A stretch of DNA of 64,000 bases. Source: Escherichia phage EF202P1. Where the stretch lies: the sequence record OP172796.1; one strand, given 5' to 3'. This document shows, piece by piece, positions 53,746 to 63,093 of the stretch. Below the pieces are notes generated by a model. That model was not told the origin of the DNA. It worked only from the letters and a program-made list of their open reading frames with translations, and did no database searches. Positions within the stretch are counted from its first letter, which is position 1. Each line of letters starts with the position of its first letter. The position numbers and the translations under genes are program-made.

Positions 53746-53946
53746 ATGAAGATGAGAGTAAAAGATAATTTCAAAGTTATTGACCATCGTTTAGTGGAAC
53801 TCTCATCTCTTTCCAATGAGGTAATGATTGAACGTCTTAAGAGAGTTGAATCACGAAGGAAAGAGATTGCAGATGAGATTCATGAACTGGACAAGATTGA
53901 AAATGGATTGAAGGCAGAACTACAACGAAGAGGTGCTAATGTCTAA
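53746..53946 (+). CDS. hypothetical protein (66 aa)
   Basis: ORF. Confidence 0.45.
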   Translation: MKMRVKDNFKVIDHRLVELSSLSNEVMIERLKRVESRRKEIADEIHELDKIENGLKAELQRRGANV

Positions 53947-55924
53947 AGGTCGTAAATTGAAAGAGGCTGGTCAGTTTATTGGTCATTGTGCATGTCCACG
54001 TTGTGGTTCATCAGATGCTGGTTCAATCTACCATCATGACGATGATTCTTATTCGATGACTTGCTTTAGCTGTAACAAAGGTTTCCCAGAGTGGGATTTT
54101 GATAAAGGACAAATCGTGAGCACTTATTCTACTGGTTCAGATAATAAAAACCGTACTTTCCGTGGAATGGATTTAGATGATGTAAAAGAAAACCTAGAAG
54201 CAATGGACTTGAAAGATAGGAAGATTCCTGCAAAAGTCCTTGAACGTTTAGGTATCAAGGTTGACATTGATAGTGACGGTGAAATTGATGCACATTTCTA
54301 TCCGACTTACAAACGTAATGAAGATGGTAAGCTAGAACATGTTGGCTACCGTGTTCGTCACCGTTACCCAGAAGACCATCCAAAAGAACACCTACGTGGT
54401 AAGTTAAAAGACTTTTCAGGTGGTGTTGGAGACATTAAAGGTGAACTAGCAATGTTTGGTTCATGGATTGCTCCAGAAGGTGGGAATCGTCTGTTCATCT
54501 GGGAAGGTGAGATGGAATGTGCCACAGCAATCTACATGACTTCTTTGGCGATTAAAGATAAGTCTCGTCGTAAGAATTACTGTCACGTATCTGTTCCATC
54601 AGGCGCAAACATTAAATCTATCAAAGACAACTATCAGTACATCACATCATTTGATGAGATTTACTTGTGCTTTGATAACGATGAAGCTGGTGCTAAAGCT
54701 ACCAAAGAGGCTGCTGGTATCCTACCTATTGAGAAGGTTCGTTTATTCCAGTATCCAGAAGGTGTAAAAGACCTTAACGAATGGTGGACAAAGTTCTATA
54801 AAGAGAAAGATACAGTTCTGGAAGGATTTAAGCAGCGTATCTACAATGCACCTCGTTACTGCCCTGCTGGTATCAAGAACTTTGCAGATGGTTTTGAGGC
54901 AATGAAGAATCGTGGTCAGATTCCATTGATTCCTTTCCCAGAATCTTTCGGGGATTTGAACAGGTTGACTTATGGTGGTTACGGTTTAGGTGAGATTACA
55001 ACTCTGGCAGCACCATCTTCAGTAGGTAAATCAGCATATACCCGTGAAATGATTTACACTGCTTGGAAAGAAACTGATTATAATATCGGTGTAATTCCTG
55101 TAGAAGATACCTATGAAGAGTTGATGGAGATGCTCTGTGCAATCCATCTAAGCAAGCAGATTTCTGAGATTCCTTATGATGAACGAGATTGGGATGAACT
55201 AAAGGGAGCGCACGCCGAGCTTTCAAAAGGTCGTCGCATCCATATCGTTGACCATCAAGGGGCAATTGACCAAGATAACCTGCTGGAGTTTGTTGACTAT
55301 CTTGTTAATAGTTTAGACTGTAAGATTATCATTCTTGACCCTATTACGTTGGCTCTGTCACGTTCTGATACGGATGAAGAGGAAGTCTTGTCTGAACTGC
55401 TACGTCGTTGCAAACGCTACCAGTACGCACAGGTGAACGTCTGTCACGTTCGTAAGAGTGCAGGTGGTCAGAAAGCTAACTCTGAAGGTGGAGATATCTC
55501 TGAAGAGGACATTAAAGGTTCTGGTGCGTATTTCCAGATTTCCATGAACAACATTCTGTTAATGCGTAACAAGGTTGACCCAGACCCTGTTAAGAAAAAC
55601 TTGACAAAAATCAAGTTAACCAAGTGTCGTCGTCATGGTAAGTCAACAGGTATTGCTGGTCATACATGGTACAATCCAGACACAGGACGTCTTATCAAAG
55701 CTTCTGGATGTGGTGTTGACATTGATGGTGCAGCAGAAAATATTCGTCAACAGTTTGGTATTGGTGAAGCTGAAGACCATTATGACGACTCTTTACCTCA
55801 TTATGAGGATGAAGTGTTTGACCGTGAGACTGGTGAAGTCTATACTGAAGAGCAACGTCAAAGCTCAACAATTCCACCTGTATTAAGTGAGGATGCAGAT
55901 GACTGCCCGTTTGAAACTGAGTGA
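53933..55924 (+). CDS. DNA primase-helicase (T7 gp4-like)
   Basis: Zn-binding CPRCGS...CFSCNK, TOPRIM-like WEGEMECA / FDNDEAG, helicase Walker A AAPSSVGKS and Walker B IIILDP. Confidence 0.85.
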   Translation: MLMSKGRKLKEAGQFIGHCACPRCGSSDAGSIYHHDDDSYSMTCFSCNKGFPEWDFDKGQIVSTYSTGSDNKNRTFRGMDLDDVKENLEAMDLKDRKIPAKVLERLGIKVDIDSDGEIDAHFYPTYKRNEDGKLEHVGYRVRHRYPEDHPKEHLRGKLKDFSGGVGDIKGELAMFGSWIAPEGGNRLFIWEGEMECATAIYMTSLAIKDKSRRKNYCHVSVPSGANIKSIKDNYQYITSFDEIYLCFDNDEAGAKATKEAAGILPIEKVRLFQYPEGVKDLNEWWTKFYKEKDTVLEGFKQRIYNAPRYCPAGIKNFADGFEAMKNRGQIPLIPFPESFGDLNRLTYGGYGLGEITTLAAPSSVGKSAYTREMIYTAWKETDYNIGVIPVEDTYEELMEMLCAIHLSKQISEIPYDERDWDELKGAHAELSKGRRIHIVDHQGAIDQDNLLEFVDYLVNSLDCKIIILDPITLALSRSDTDEEEVLSELLRRCKRYQYAQVNVCHVRKSAGGQKANSEGGDISEEDIKGSGAYFQISMNNILLMRNKVDPDPVKKNLTKIKLTKCRRHGKSTGIAGHTWYNPDTGRLIKASGCGVDIDGAAENIRQQFGIGEAEDHYDDSLPHYEDEVFDRETGEVYTEEQRQSSTIPPVLSEDADDCPFETE

Positions 55925-55994
55925 TAGTTATAAAAGAGAGGGGTTCATACCCTTCTTTGAAGAAAAAAGTTTAAATGAATTTCAGGAAGAGTGT

Positions 55995-56023
55995 TTGACA
56001 AAGGTTGATAGGTTCTATAGAAT
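55995..56023 (+). promoter_or_regulatory. sigma70-like promoter
   Basis: TTGACA, 17 bp, TAGAAT. Confidence 0.55.
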
Positions 56024-56176
56024 GCTCTACATGAAATGCGATGGGGAGGTTGCCATAAAAGAAGATTCCTACCAAAGCACGATTACAGTCATCATTACAC
56101 TGCCTCAGCATAATATTAGTTGGCTGTTTATAATTAAAGAAAATGTGTTTGAATATCAAGTATATCGGAGAATATT

Positions 56177-56326
56177 ATGAAACACTCTAAAGCATTTGAA
56201 AAAGTTTTTGGGGATTCCTTAAAAGCCACTGCTGGTAAACCAGCAAAATACTATGAAGAGAAGCGTGTAAGAACTGGAAAAACTGCACGTAAAGCAGCTT
56301 CTAAAGATAAGCACAACTTCCAGTAA
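56177..56326 (+). CDS. small basic protein (49 aa), not in the ORF track
   Basis: ATG with GGAG RBS; MKHSKAFEKVF...KDKHNFQ. Confidence 0.3.
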   Translation: MKHSKAFEKVFGDSLKATAGKPAKYYEEKRVRTGKTARKAASKDKHNFQ

Positions 56327-56333
56327 TTAATGT

Positions 56334-56362
56334 TTGACAATAGAGTATCAACAAATTAGAAT
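56334..56362 (+). promoter_or_regulatory. sigma70-like promoter upstream of the SSB-like gene
   Basis: TTGACA, 17 bp, TAGAAT. Confidence 0.6.
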
Positions 56363-56398
56363 TGGTACTCTTCATAAATTGAGATAGAGGTTTAAATA

Positions 56399-57256
56399 AT
56401 GTCTAAAGTTGTTAAAATGAAAGCTCCGGTAGAGAAGTACAATGGTACTGAACGTCAAACTCTGCGTTACCTTCTGAAAGATGTTTGGTTTTATTACCTG
56501 AACACTTCACCACGTCCGGGAAAAGGTAAATCCATTGATAAGAAATTCCCAGGCAAAGACTGTAACTACAGTGTTTCAATTCTGGCAGAAGATGGTAACA
56601 AGCTGTTTAAAGAGTTTACTAAGTCTAAGAAAAACCCAGAAGGTTGGGATAAAGTTACTACTGAAGCAGTTGATGCAGATGACTTCGAAGAGAAGTTTGG
56701 TTGCAAACCACCATTTGAAGCAGACACTTACTACATCTTGAAAGTAAGTCGTGCAGCAGCTTATAAAGATGGTGCTGTGTGGACAGCTAAACAGTCATTC
56801 CCTGTAATGCTGATTGAAGAAGTAAATGGTAAGCGTGTAGCTGTTAAACAGCCGATGAAGAAAATCAAAGCTCAAGCATCTGACAAACATGAAGATGACA
56901 AGAACTATGATGTAATTCATCCAGATATTGCAGTTGGTAACGGTTCTTTTGGTAGTGTGATTCTTTCTACTCACTTCTACACTTTTGAGAACAATGTTCT
57001 GACAAAACCTATTCAGGAACAGTTTATCATTGATACCCTTGTACCTTACACTGGTGGTAACGGTGCTAACGGCGAACCTGAACTGGATGAAGATGAACTG
57101 GCTATGCTTGGTCTTGATGGTGTTGAAGATAACGGTGAAATCACTGAAGAAGATGCAAAAGACCACAAACCTTCGAATGATTCTGATGATGGTGACGATG
57201 AAGACTTGCCAGACCCAGATGACGAAGAAGATGAAGACTTCGATACAGAAGACTAA
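56399..57256 (+). CDS. single-stranded DNA-binding protein-like (acidic C-terminal tail)
   Basis: Highly acidic C-terminus DDGDDEDLPDPDDEEDEDFDTED as in T7 gp2.5-type SSBs; own promoter and terminator. Confidence 0.5.
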   Translation: MSKVVKMKAPVEKYNGTERQTLRYLLKDVWFYYLNTSPRPGKGKSIDKKFPGKDCNYSVSILAEDGNKLFKEFTKSKKNPEGWDKVTTEAVDADDFEEKFGCKPPFEADTYYILKVSRAAAYKDGAVWTAKQSFPVMLIEEVNGKRVAVKQPMKKIKAQASDKHEDDKNYDVIHPDIAVGNGSFGSVILSTHFYTFENNVLTKPIQEQFIIDTLVPYTGGNGANGEPELDEDELAMLGLDGVEDNGEITEEDAKDHKPSNDSDDGDDEDLPDPDDEEDEDFDTED

Positions 57257-57275
57257 TCTCTAAAAGTTAATTTAA

Positions 57276-57302
57276 AGCCCTGTACTTAGTATGGGGCTTT
57301 TT
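57276..57302 (+). terminator. rho-independent terminator
   Basis: AAGCCC...GGGGCTT hairpin plus T-run. Confidence 0.55.
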
Positions 57303-57318
57303 CATATGGAGAGCCACA

Positions 57319-58359
57319 ATGGAGAAGTATACGCTAACAAAACTTCCCGATTCAGTTACACATGTCTTTATTGACTCTGATAGTATTGCCTATAAAGGTG
57401 CTTGTGTAGTTGAGAAAGCAAAATATAAGTATGTCAATAAACTCACAGCAGAAGAATCTGAACCATTTGAGAATGCAAAAGATGCTGCAAGATGGTTAGC
57501 AGACCAGAGAATCCTTGTGGAAGAACTTGGCCTGACATTTGATGAAGATGAATGGGAAAGACAGACTTGGAAAGAAGCTAAGAGTGAAAAAGAAGCTATC
57601 ATGGCTACTCAGCAGGTTCTTCAGGAATGGCTTAAGGTTGTTGGTAAAGAAAGAACTTGGGTAGGTTACTTAACAGAGAAAGGTGTACATAAACATAAAG
57701 ATATTAAAGGTCTTGAGCACCAATATCAAGGTAACCGTAAAGAGGCTGTCACACCAACACACTTAGTTGCTTGTCGTGAATATCTTCTATCAAGACCAGA
57801 GTTCAAGCTCTTAAAGGGAGGCTTCGAAGCCGATTCCATCGTAATTGCTAAAGCTGAAAAGATGGGTAAGAAGGCTGCTCTTATGAGTATTGACAAAGAC
57901 CTTCGACAAGCTGAAGGGACTTATTGTATTGATATGACTTATGAAAAGTCACCACTAATTTTTATTGCTGATAATAATGTTGGTGATATCTGGGATTGTC
58001 CTATCAAATCAAAACCAAAAGCTGCAAAAACTGTTGGTGTAGGTTTTAAATTTTTGTGTTATCAGGCTGTTGCTGGAGATAATGCAGACAACTACTTCGG
58101 CCTTAAAGGTGCTGGCAAAGTAGCTGTGATGAATGCTTTAGATGGTAAAGAGACCTATAAAGAGTGTCTTGACGCTATCTATGAACTCTATGCTAAAAAA
58201 GAGTCTTACACCTATGTGTCATGGGATGGACAGACTGTCACAAAGACACCATTAGAACTAATGGAACAGCATTTCTGGATAGCATATCAAGAGAGAAATC
58301 CAAAAGATAATTTCTCTTTTAAGAAATATAATTGGGAGCCGTGTATGAATGAAGATTAA
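57319..58359 (+). CDS. 5'-3' exonuclease / flap endonuclease (FEN-like)
   Basis: N-terminal FIDSDSIAYKG, EADSIVIAKAE and H3TH-like GDNADNYFGLKGAGKV motifs. Confidence 0.6.
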   Translation: MEKYTLTKLPDSVTHVFIDSDSIAYKGACVVEKAKYKYVNKLTAEESEPFENAKDAARWLADQRILVEELGLTFDEDEWERQTWKEAKSEKEAIMATQQVLQEWLKVVGKERTWVGYLTEKGVHKHKDIKGLEHQYQGNRKEAVTPTHLVACREYLLSRPEFKLLKGGFEADSIVIAKAEKMGKKAALMSIDKDLRQAEGTYCIDMTYEKSPLIFIADNNVGDIWDCPIKSKPKAAKTVGVGFKFLCYQAVAGDNADNYFGLKGAGKVAVMNALDGKETYKECLDAIYELYAKKESYTYVSWDGQTVTKTPLELMEQHFWIAYQERNPKDNFSFKKYNWEPCMNED

Positions 58360-58846
58360 AGGATTTGGCAATTGTCCCACCTATGGTCATTGGGTATCTT
58401 TATGTGGGGAAGTTGACCCCACTAAACATTTTGGTTTTGTCTATTTAGTACACTGTAAGAAAACCGGACAATACTATATTGGAAAGAAACAGCTTAATAG
58501 TGTGACCAAAAGAAAAGTTGCTGGTAAGACTCGGAAGAAGGTAGTCACTAAGGAAAGTGATTGGATGACTTATGAGACTTCTTCTGAGTATATTAAAAAA
58601 GATATTGAGAGTTTTGGAAAAGAGTTTTTTGACTTTTACATTATTCAAACCTACTACACAAAAGGTGGTCTAGTTTATGGTGAAGCAAACCTTCAACATA
58701 AATTTGATGTAATGACAAAAAGGATTGACTCTAAGCTCAGACTCTTCTACAATGCCAATATTGCAGCAATTAAGTTTATTACTAAAGAAACTTATGAAGA
58801 TGCTGAAAAAAGAATCCATAAGGTAATGAAAGCAAACTGTGCTTGA
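58349..58846 (+). CDS. GIY-YIG endonuclease-like protein
   Basis: GFVYLVHCKKTGQYYIGKK matches the GIY...YIG signature. Confidence 0.5.
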   Translation: MKIKGFGNCPTYGHWVSLCGEVDPTKHFGFVYLVHCKKTGQYYIGKKQLNSVTKRKVAGKTRKKVVTKESDWMTYETSSEYIKKDIESFGKEFFDFYIIQTYYTKGGLVYGEANLQHKFDVMTKRIDSKLRLFYNANIAAIKFITKETYEDAEKRIHKVMKANCA

Positions 58847-58852
58847 TAACTA

Positions 58853-59098
58853 TTGAGAGAGAATAAAATGTTTAACAAAAGTAAAGCTGTGGGTCATGTA
58901 GCAAAGGTTGACAGCAAGATTGAAGAACTTGAGCGCATTCTTGCAAATGCCAGAGAGTCAATAATTAAAGAAGTTGAAGCTGTTGAGTCTCAAATGCAGC
59001 ACCTAATGCTTAAACGTCAAGAGTTACGTGAGCATCTGGAATATATTGAAACACGAGAGCTAAAAGTTAACAGATTTTTAAGGAGTCCAAATGTTTAA
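58853..59098 (+). CDS. hypothetical coiled-coil protein (81 aa)
   Basis: ORF. Confidence 0.45.
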   Translation: MRENKMFNKSKAVGHVAKVDSKIEELERILANARESIIKEVEAVESQMQHLMLKRQELREHLEYIETRELKVNRFLRSPNV

Positions 59099-59846
59099 CT
59101 CAAGAGAAGCAGTAAAAAACTGGAATCTTCGTTGTGGAAACACTCAAAAGCAACCTTACAGTGATGAGTATTGGGAATCTTTAAAATCCCAGTCTCTGTG
59201 TATGCTTGAAGAAGCAAAAGAGCTTGTAAAAGCAATTGAAGAGAAAGACCCCATTGAGACACTGGATGCTCAGGCAGATTTGCAATATGTTCTTGATGGT
59301 CTGATTTATCTGTCACAACATGACCATAATGGTGCTATGAAAGCTGTTTGCCATAATAATGACCTGAAGTACACAGATGACTATGAAGAAGCTTTAAAGC
59401 GTCTTGCAGATGTTGAGAAGCGTACTGGTCAAGAGTGTATCATCAGAATGTCAGTGGTTGATGGTAAAGAGTGGTATGCGATTGTCCGTGCAGCCGATGG
59501 GAAGATTATGAAGCAATCAAATCTCCCTAAAGTACAGCTTGGTGAATACATTGTAGAGCTTGAAAGCCAAGAACTTTTTGTGGTAGTATCTGAGACATGC
59601 GTTATCTGCAAAGGTATTGTAGATAGCTTAAAGGATTTGGGTGTAGATGGTTTTGTAGAAGTTAATCCAATTACCTCTAAAGCAGATAAAGATTTCTGTA
59701 AAGAGAATGGACTATGGATTGCAGATATTGTCTACTACGATGGTGAGCAGTTCCATGTAACCTCATACCCGAAACTGAATTATGATGCTAATAACCTGAA
59801 GTGCTGGTTAAAAGGGGTTGGTTATAATGGATTCACAGAACATTAA
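59091..59846 (+). CDS. MazG-like nucleotide pyrophosphohydrolase domain protein with extra C-terminal domain
   Basis: N-terminal EEAKELVKAIEEKDPIETLDAQADLQYVLDGL resembles the MazG/HisE EExxE...D helices. Confidence 0.45.
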   Translation: MFNSREAVKNWNLRCGNTQKQPYSDEYWESLKSQSLCMLEEAKELVKAIEEKDPIETLDAQADLQYVLDGLIYLSQHDHNGAMKAVCHNNDLKYTDDYEEALKRLADVEKRTGQECIIRMSVVDGKEWYAIVRAADGKIMKQSNLPKVQLGEYIVELESQELFVVVSETCVICKGIVDSLKDLGVDGFVEVNPITSKADKDFCKENGLWIADIVYYDGEQFHVTSYPKLNYDANNLKCWLKGVGYNGFTEH

Positions 59847-60150
59847 TAAAGAAGGTGTGGCTCAGAAGAGCCACTTCTCAAACTACAATATCTCTATGAC
59901 GGTGTTTATGAATGACCCGTTACTTGAGAAGTATGGTGAGACTCCAGATACACTTCTGGATAATGAACAAGTTTTAAAAGCAGTCCTGTATAAATACGGG
60001 ATTGATATTGAGAAAGAATATTCTTTTGAAATCTGCCAACACAGAAATACTTTTGGTAAAGTTGTGATGGCTCCACTCTTCATGGGTGTAGAAAGAACTG
60101 ACTATGGTTGGTTATATCTAAAAAGAAACTTGGAGAAATACCGTGTCTAA
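59818..60150 (+). CDS. hypothetical protein (110 aa)
   Basis: ORF. Confidence 0.45.
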   Translation: MVIMDSQNINKEGVAQKSHFSNYNISMTVFMNDPLLEKYGETPDTLLDNEQVLKAVLYKYGIDIEKEYSFEICQHRNTFGKVVMAPLFMGVERTDYGWLYLKRNLEKYRV

Positions 60151-60481
60151 AGCAAAAAAGCTATCTTATGATGACATTATCTCAGGTGCTAAGTTAGGTG
60201 TTGACAGTATCGGACAAGATGTTAAGCACGGAGACACAGTTATGTACTGTGATGACCGAAGAGGGAGAAGTGCAATCTTGTTTGGAAGAATTGTTTGCAA
60301 GATGCGAGGTAATTACGTTGTTGCAGACATGGATGTGAACGTTACACAAAAACTTGAAACAATTATAGATAATAATACATCATCATGGTTCTCCCTGAAT
60401 TGTATGCACACTTCTTCAGTCACAAAGGTAAGTGATAAGTTTTACGATATGTGGCAGAATGAGCAAATTTTCAAGATTTAA
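60143..60481 (+). CDS. hypothetical protein (112 aa)
   Basis: ORF followed by terminator. Confidence 0.45.
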   Translation: MSKAKKLSYDDIISGAKLGVDSIGQDVKHGDTVMYCDDRRGRSAILFGRIVCKMRGNYVVADMDVNVTQKLETIIDNNTSSWFSLNCMHTSSVTKVSDKFYDMWQNEQIFKI

Positions 60482-60486
60482 ACTAG

Positions 60487-60509
60487 GGAGCCTCTTCGGA
60501 GGCTCTTTT
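60487..60509 (+). terminator. rho-independent terminator
   Basis: GGAGCCTC-TTCG-GAGGCTC plus TTTT. Confidence 0.7.
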
Positions 60510-60527
60510 CATCTGTAGGACTTAAAA

Positions 60528-62762
60528 ATGATTAAGACAATTAAAAAATCAAACGGTACAGTAGTAAACTTTGACCCAGAAAGACTGAATAAGTGGGCAT
60601 CATGGGCAGATAAGCGTGGAATTATCTGGTCAGAAGTTACTATGGAAGCCATGAAACGTGTCTATGAGGGTTGCACTACAAAAGAGATGCACCAAGCCAT
60701 GATTGATGTTTGTGTTGATAAGCAAACTCAAGAGTACTCAGACATGGCTGGACGGCTACTTCTGGGGATTATCTACAAAGAAGCCTTTGGAGGCTTTACT
60801 AAGGTTCCTACGCTGGTTACCTTCGTTAAAAATATGGAGAGAGCAGGACTTTGGGAGAAGATGGACTATTCTCAGGAAGAGCTTGAATACCTGCAAGGGT
60901 ACATTGTGCACTCAAAAGATATCTCTTATGGTTATGCAGTCCTGAAACAGTTCAGAGACAAGTATGGTATCCGTGATATTAAAACGGGAAGACTTTTTGA
61001 GTCACCACAATTTATGTTTATGGGTATGGCTATGAAAGCCTTCGAGAAGCAACCAAAGCACCGTAGACTGCAAGATGTTATCAAGCTGTACACTTACCTA
61101 TCTGACCTGAAGATTAATGCTCCTACGCCTTATCTGAATGGTTTAAGAGCTACTAAATCAGGTTATGCGTCATGCTGTTTGATTAAGGCGAATGATACCG
61201 CTGAATCTCTCGGTATTGCTGCAAAGGTTGCTTATGATATGACTACAAAGCAAGCTGGCATTGGGATGCTGATGGAGACTCGTACTATTGGTGATGGTAT
61301 CCGTCAAAATACTATTGAGCACATGGGTAAACTGCCTTATTACAAGCTTGTACGTTCATCTGTAGAGGCAAACAAACAGAAGAGCCGTGGTGGTTCAGCT
61401 AACAACTTCTACACCGCTCTAGACCCGCAGATTGAAGATTTACTGCGTTTGAAGCACCCTACAACGGTTCCTTCGAAACGTATTAACGAGATGGACTACT
61501 CATTTGGTACAAATGATTATTTCTGGCAGTGTGTTCAATATGATACAGACTGGTTGCTATTCTCTTACAAGGATGCACCAAAGCTCTATGACATGTTCTA
61601 CACAGCATCTGCTGATGAGTTTGCTATGGCAGTTGGTCATGCAGTACATTCAGGTGTTAAGCACAGACGGGTGAAGGCTCGTGAAATTGCTAAACTGTTT
61701 ATCCAGCAGCGTTATGCAACAGGCCGTGTGTATCCATTCTTCACAAATAATGCAAACACACATACACCATTTAAAGAGCCTTTGAAGATGTCAAACCTTT
61801 GTATGGAAATTGTGTTGCCAGTGTACGGCTTTGAGAAAGAGACAGACCTTTACAGAGATGATGCTGTGAAAGAGGATGGTGAGGTAGCTCTTTGCTTCCT
61901 AGCTAGTTTGGTTGCAGGGAGAATTTCAGAAGATGAATACGCTGACGTTGCTTATTATGCTCTTGCAATGGTTGACTCCGTTATTGACCTTATGGATTAT
62001 CCGTATCCGTCGATGCGCAACCATGTTCAGAAGCGTCGTTCTGTTGGGATTGGCCTTACAAATGTGGCTCATTACCTTGCGAAAAACTACGTGAACTACT
62101 CTTCAAGAGCAGGCAAGACAAAGCTTCACGAACTTGCAGAGATGCACTCTTACTATCTGCATGAAGCTTCTCTAAGACTTGCTAAAGAGCGCGGTGTACC
62201 TGAATACATGAAGTTCACTAAGTATCCTGAAGGTTGGGTTCCTCCGAAGACAGCTAACAAGAAGATTGATGAGAAGCATGATGCAAAACTAAGATATGAT
62301 TGGGATGACTTAGCACAACGTATTAAAGAAAATGGTGGAATCCGTAACTCTGTATTAGAAGCTTACATGCCTAATGAGAGTTCTTCACTGGCAACTAATA
62401 CGACAAATGGCTTGTACCCAATTCGTGACTTTATTTTAACTAAAAAGTCTGCAACTGGTAACGTACTGTTTATTGTTCCAGATTACGAAGAGTTGAAGTA
62501 TGTCTATGAAATTGCTTGGGATATTGACACCTTTGACCTAATTGATTGCTATGCAATTGTTCAAAAGTTCACTGGTCAAGCTATCTCTTCAGATTTCTAT
62601 GTTGACTACGCAAAAGCTAAGAAGGTATCATTGGCTCAAGCTTTGAAGTACATGATTTATGCCAACTCAGTAGGTATGAAAACCATGTACTACCTTAACA
62701 GTCGCATTGGTGTAGGTAAATCTGCACTGCAAGATGCTTATTGCGAGGGTTGTGGTGTTTAG
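60528..62762 (+). CDS. nrdA: ribonucleoside-diphosphate reductase large subunit
   Basis: 744 aa; NLCMEIVLP active-site region and C-terminal Cys pair (CEGCG). Confidence 0.85.
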   Translation: MIKTIKKSNGTVVNFDPERLNKWASWADKRGIIWSEVTMEAMKRVYEGCTTKEMHQAMIDVCVDKQTQEYSDMAGRLLLGIIYKEAFGGFTKVPTLVTFVKNMERAGLWEKMDYSQEELEYLQGYIVHSKDISYGYAVLKQFRDKYGIRDIKTGRLFESPQFMFMGMAMKAFEKQPKHRRLQDVIKLYTYLSDLKINAPTPYLNGLRATKSGYASCCLIKANDTAESLGIAAKVAYDMTTKQAGIGMLMETRTIGDGIRQNTIEHMGKLPYYKLVRSSVEANKQKSRGGSANNFYTALDPQIEDLLRLKHPTTVPSKRINEMDYSFGTNDYFWQCVQYDTDWLLFSYKDAPKLYDMFYTASADEFAMAVGHAVHSGVKHRRVKAREIAKLFIQQRYATGRVYPFFTNNANTHTPFKEPLKMSNLCMEIVLPVYGFEKETDLYRDDAVKEDGEVALCFLASLVAGRISEDEYADVAYYALAMVDSVIDLMDYPYPSMRNHVQKRRSVGIGLTNVAHYLAKNYVNYSSRAGKTKLHELAEMHSYYLHEASLRLAKERGVPEYMKFTKYPEGWVPPKTANKKIDEKHDAKLRYDWDDLAQRIKENGGIRNSVLEAYMPNESSSLATNTTNGLYPIRDFILTKKSATGNVLFIVPDYEELKYVYEIAWDIDTFDLIDCYAIVQKFTGQAISSDFYVDYAKAKKVSLAQALKYMIYANSVGMKTMYYLNSRIGVGKSALQDAYCEGCGV

Positions 62763-62775
62763 TTTTAATAACTAT

Positions 62776-62800
62776 GAGGGTCGTAAAAGACCCTCTAAAA
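62776..62800 (+). terminator. weak hairpin terminator/attenuator
   Basis: GAGGGTC-GTAAAA-GACCCTC followed by A/T-rich sequence. Confidence 0.35.
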
Positions 62801-62817
62801 TTAACTTTGGAGAAACT

Positions 62818-63093
62818 ATGAAAGAACTCATTGAAGATGCAAAAAACAGGGAACCAAACTGTGCTTTGTATCTGTATTATACTCCAAGAGAGTCTTTATA
62901 TTATATTGCAGATTATCACCTGAAAGTTAAAATGCCAGATGGTTCTTGGAAAGAACATCTTCGTTACATTGATTGCTTTAATCCAAGCAATACTTATGCA
63001 AGGTCTCTTGACATGTTTAAAGTTGACCGCTGGCAAGTTTTAACAGCGTCAGAAGCCAGAGAATTTTACGAAACAGGAAAATTACCAGAATGA
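62818..63093 (+). CDS. hypothetical protein (91 aa) between nrdA and nrdB
   Basis: ATG 62818 with GGAG RBS; stop overlaps the nrdB start (ATGA). Confidence 0.5.
   Translation: MKELIEDAKNREPNCALYLYYTPRESLYYIADYHLKVKMPDGSWKEHLRYIDCFNPSNTYARSLDMFKVDRWQVLTASEAREFYETGKLPE

Noticed and set aside
55887-56180. ORF 55887-56180 (97 aa) between the primase-helicase and SSB-like genes
   Set aside because: It contains a near-consensus promoter (55995-56023), has no RBS and is low-complexity; the interval is more likely regulatory. A short 49-aa ORF at 56177-56326 is listed instead at low confidence.
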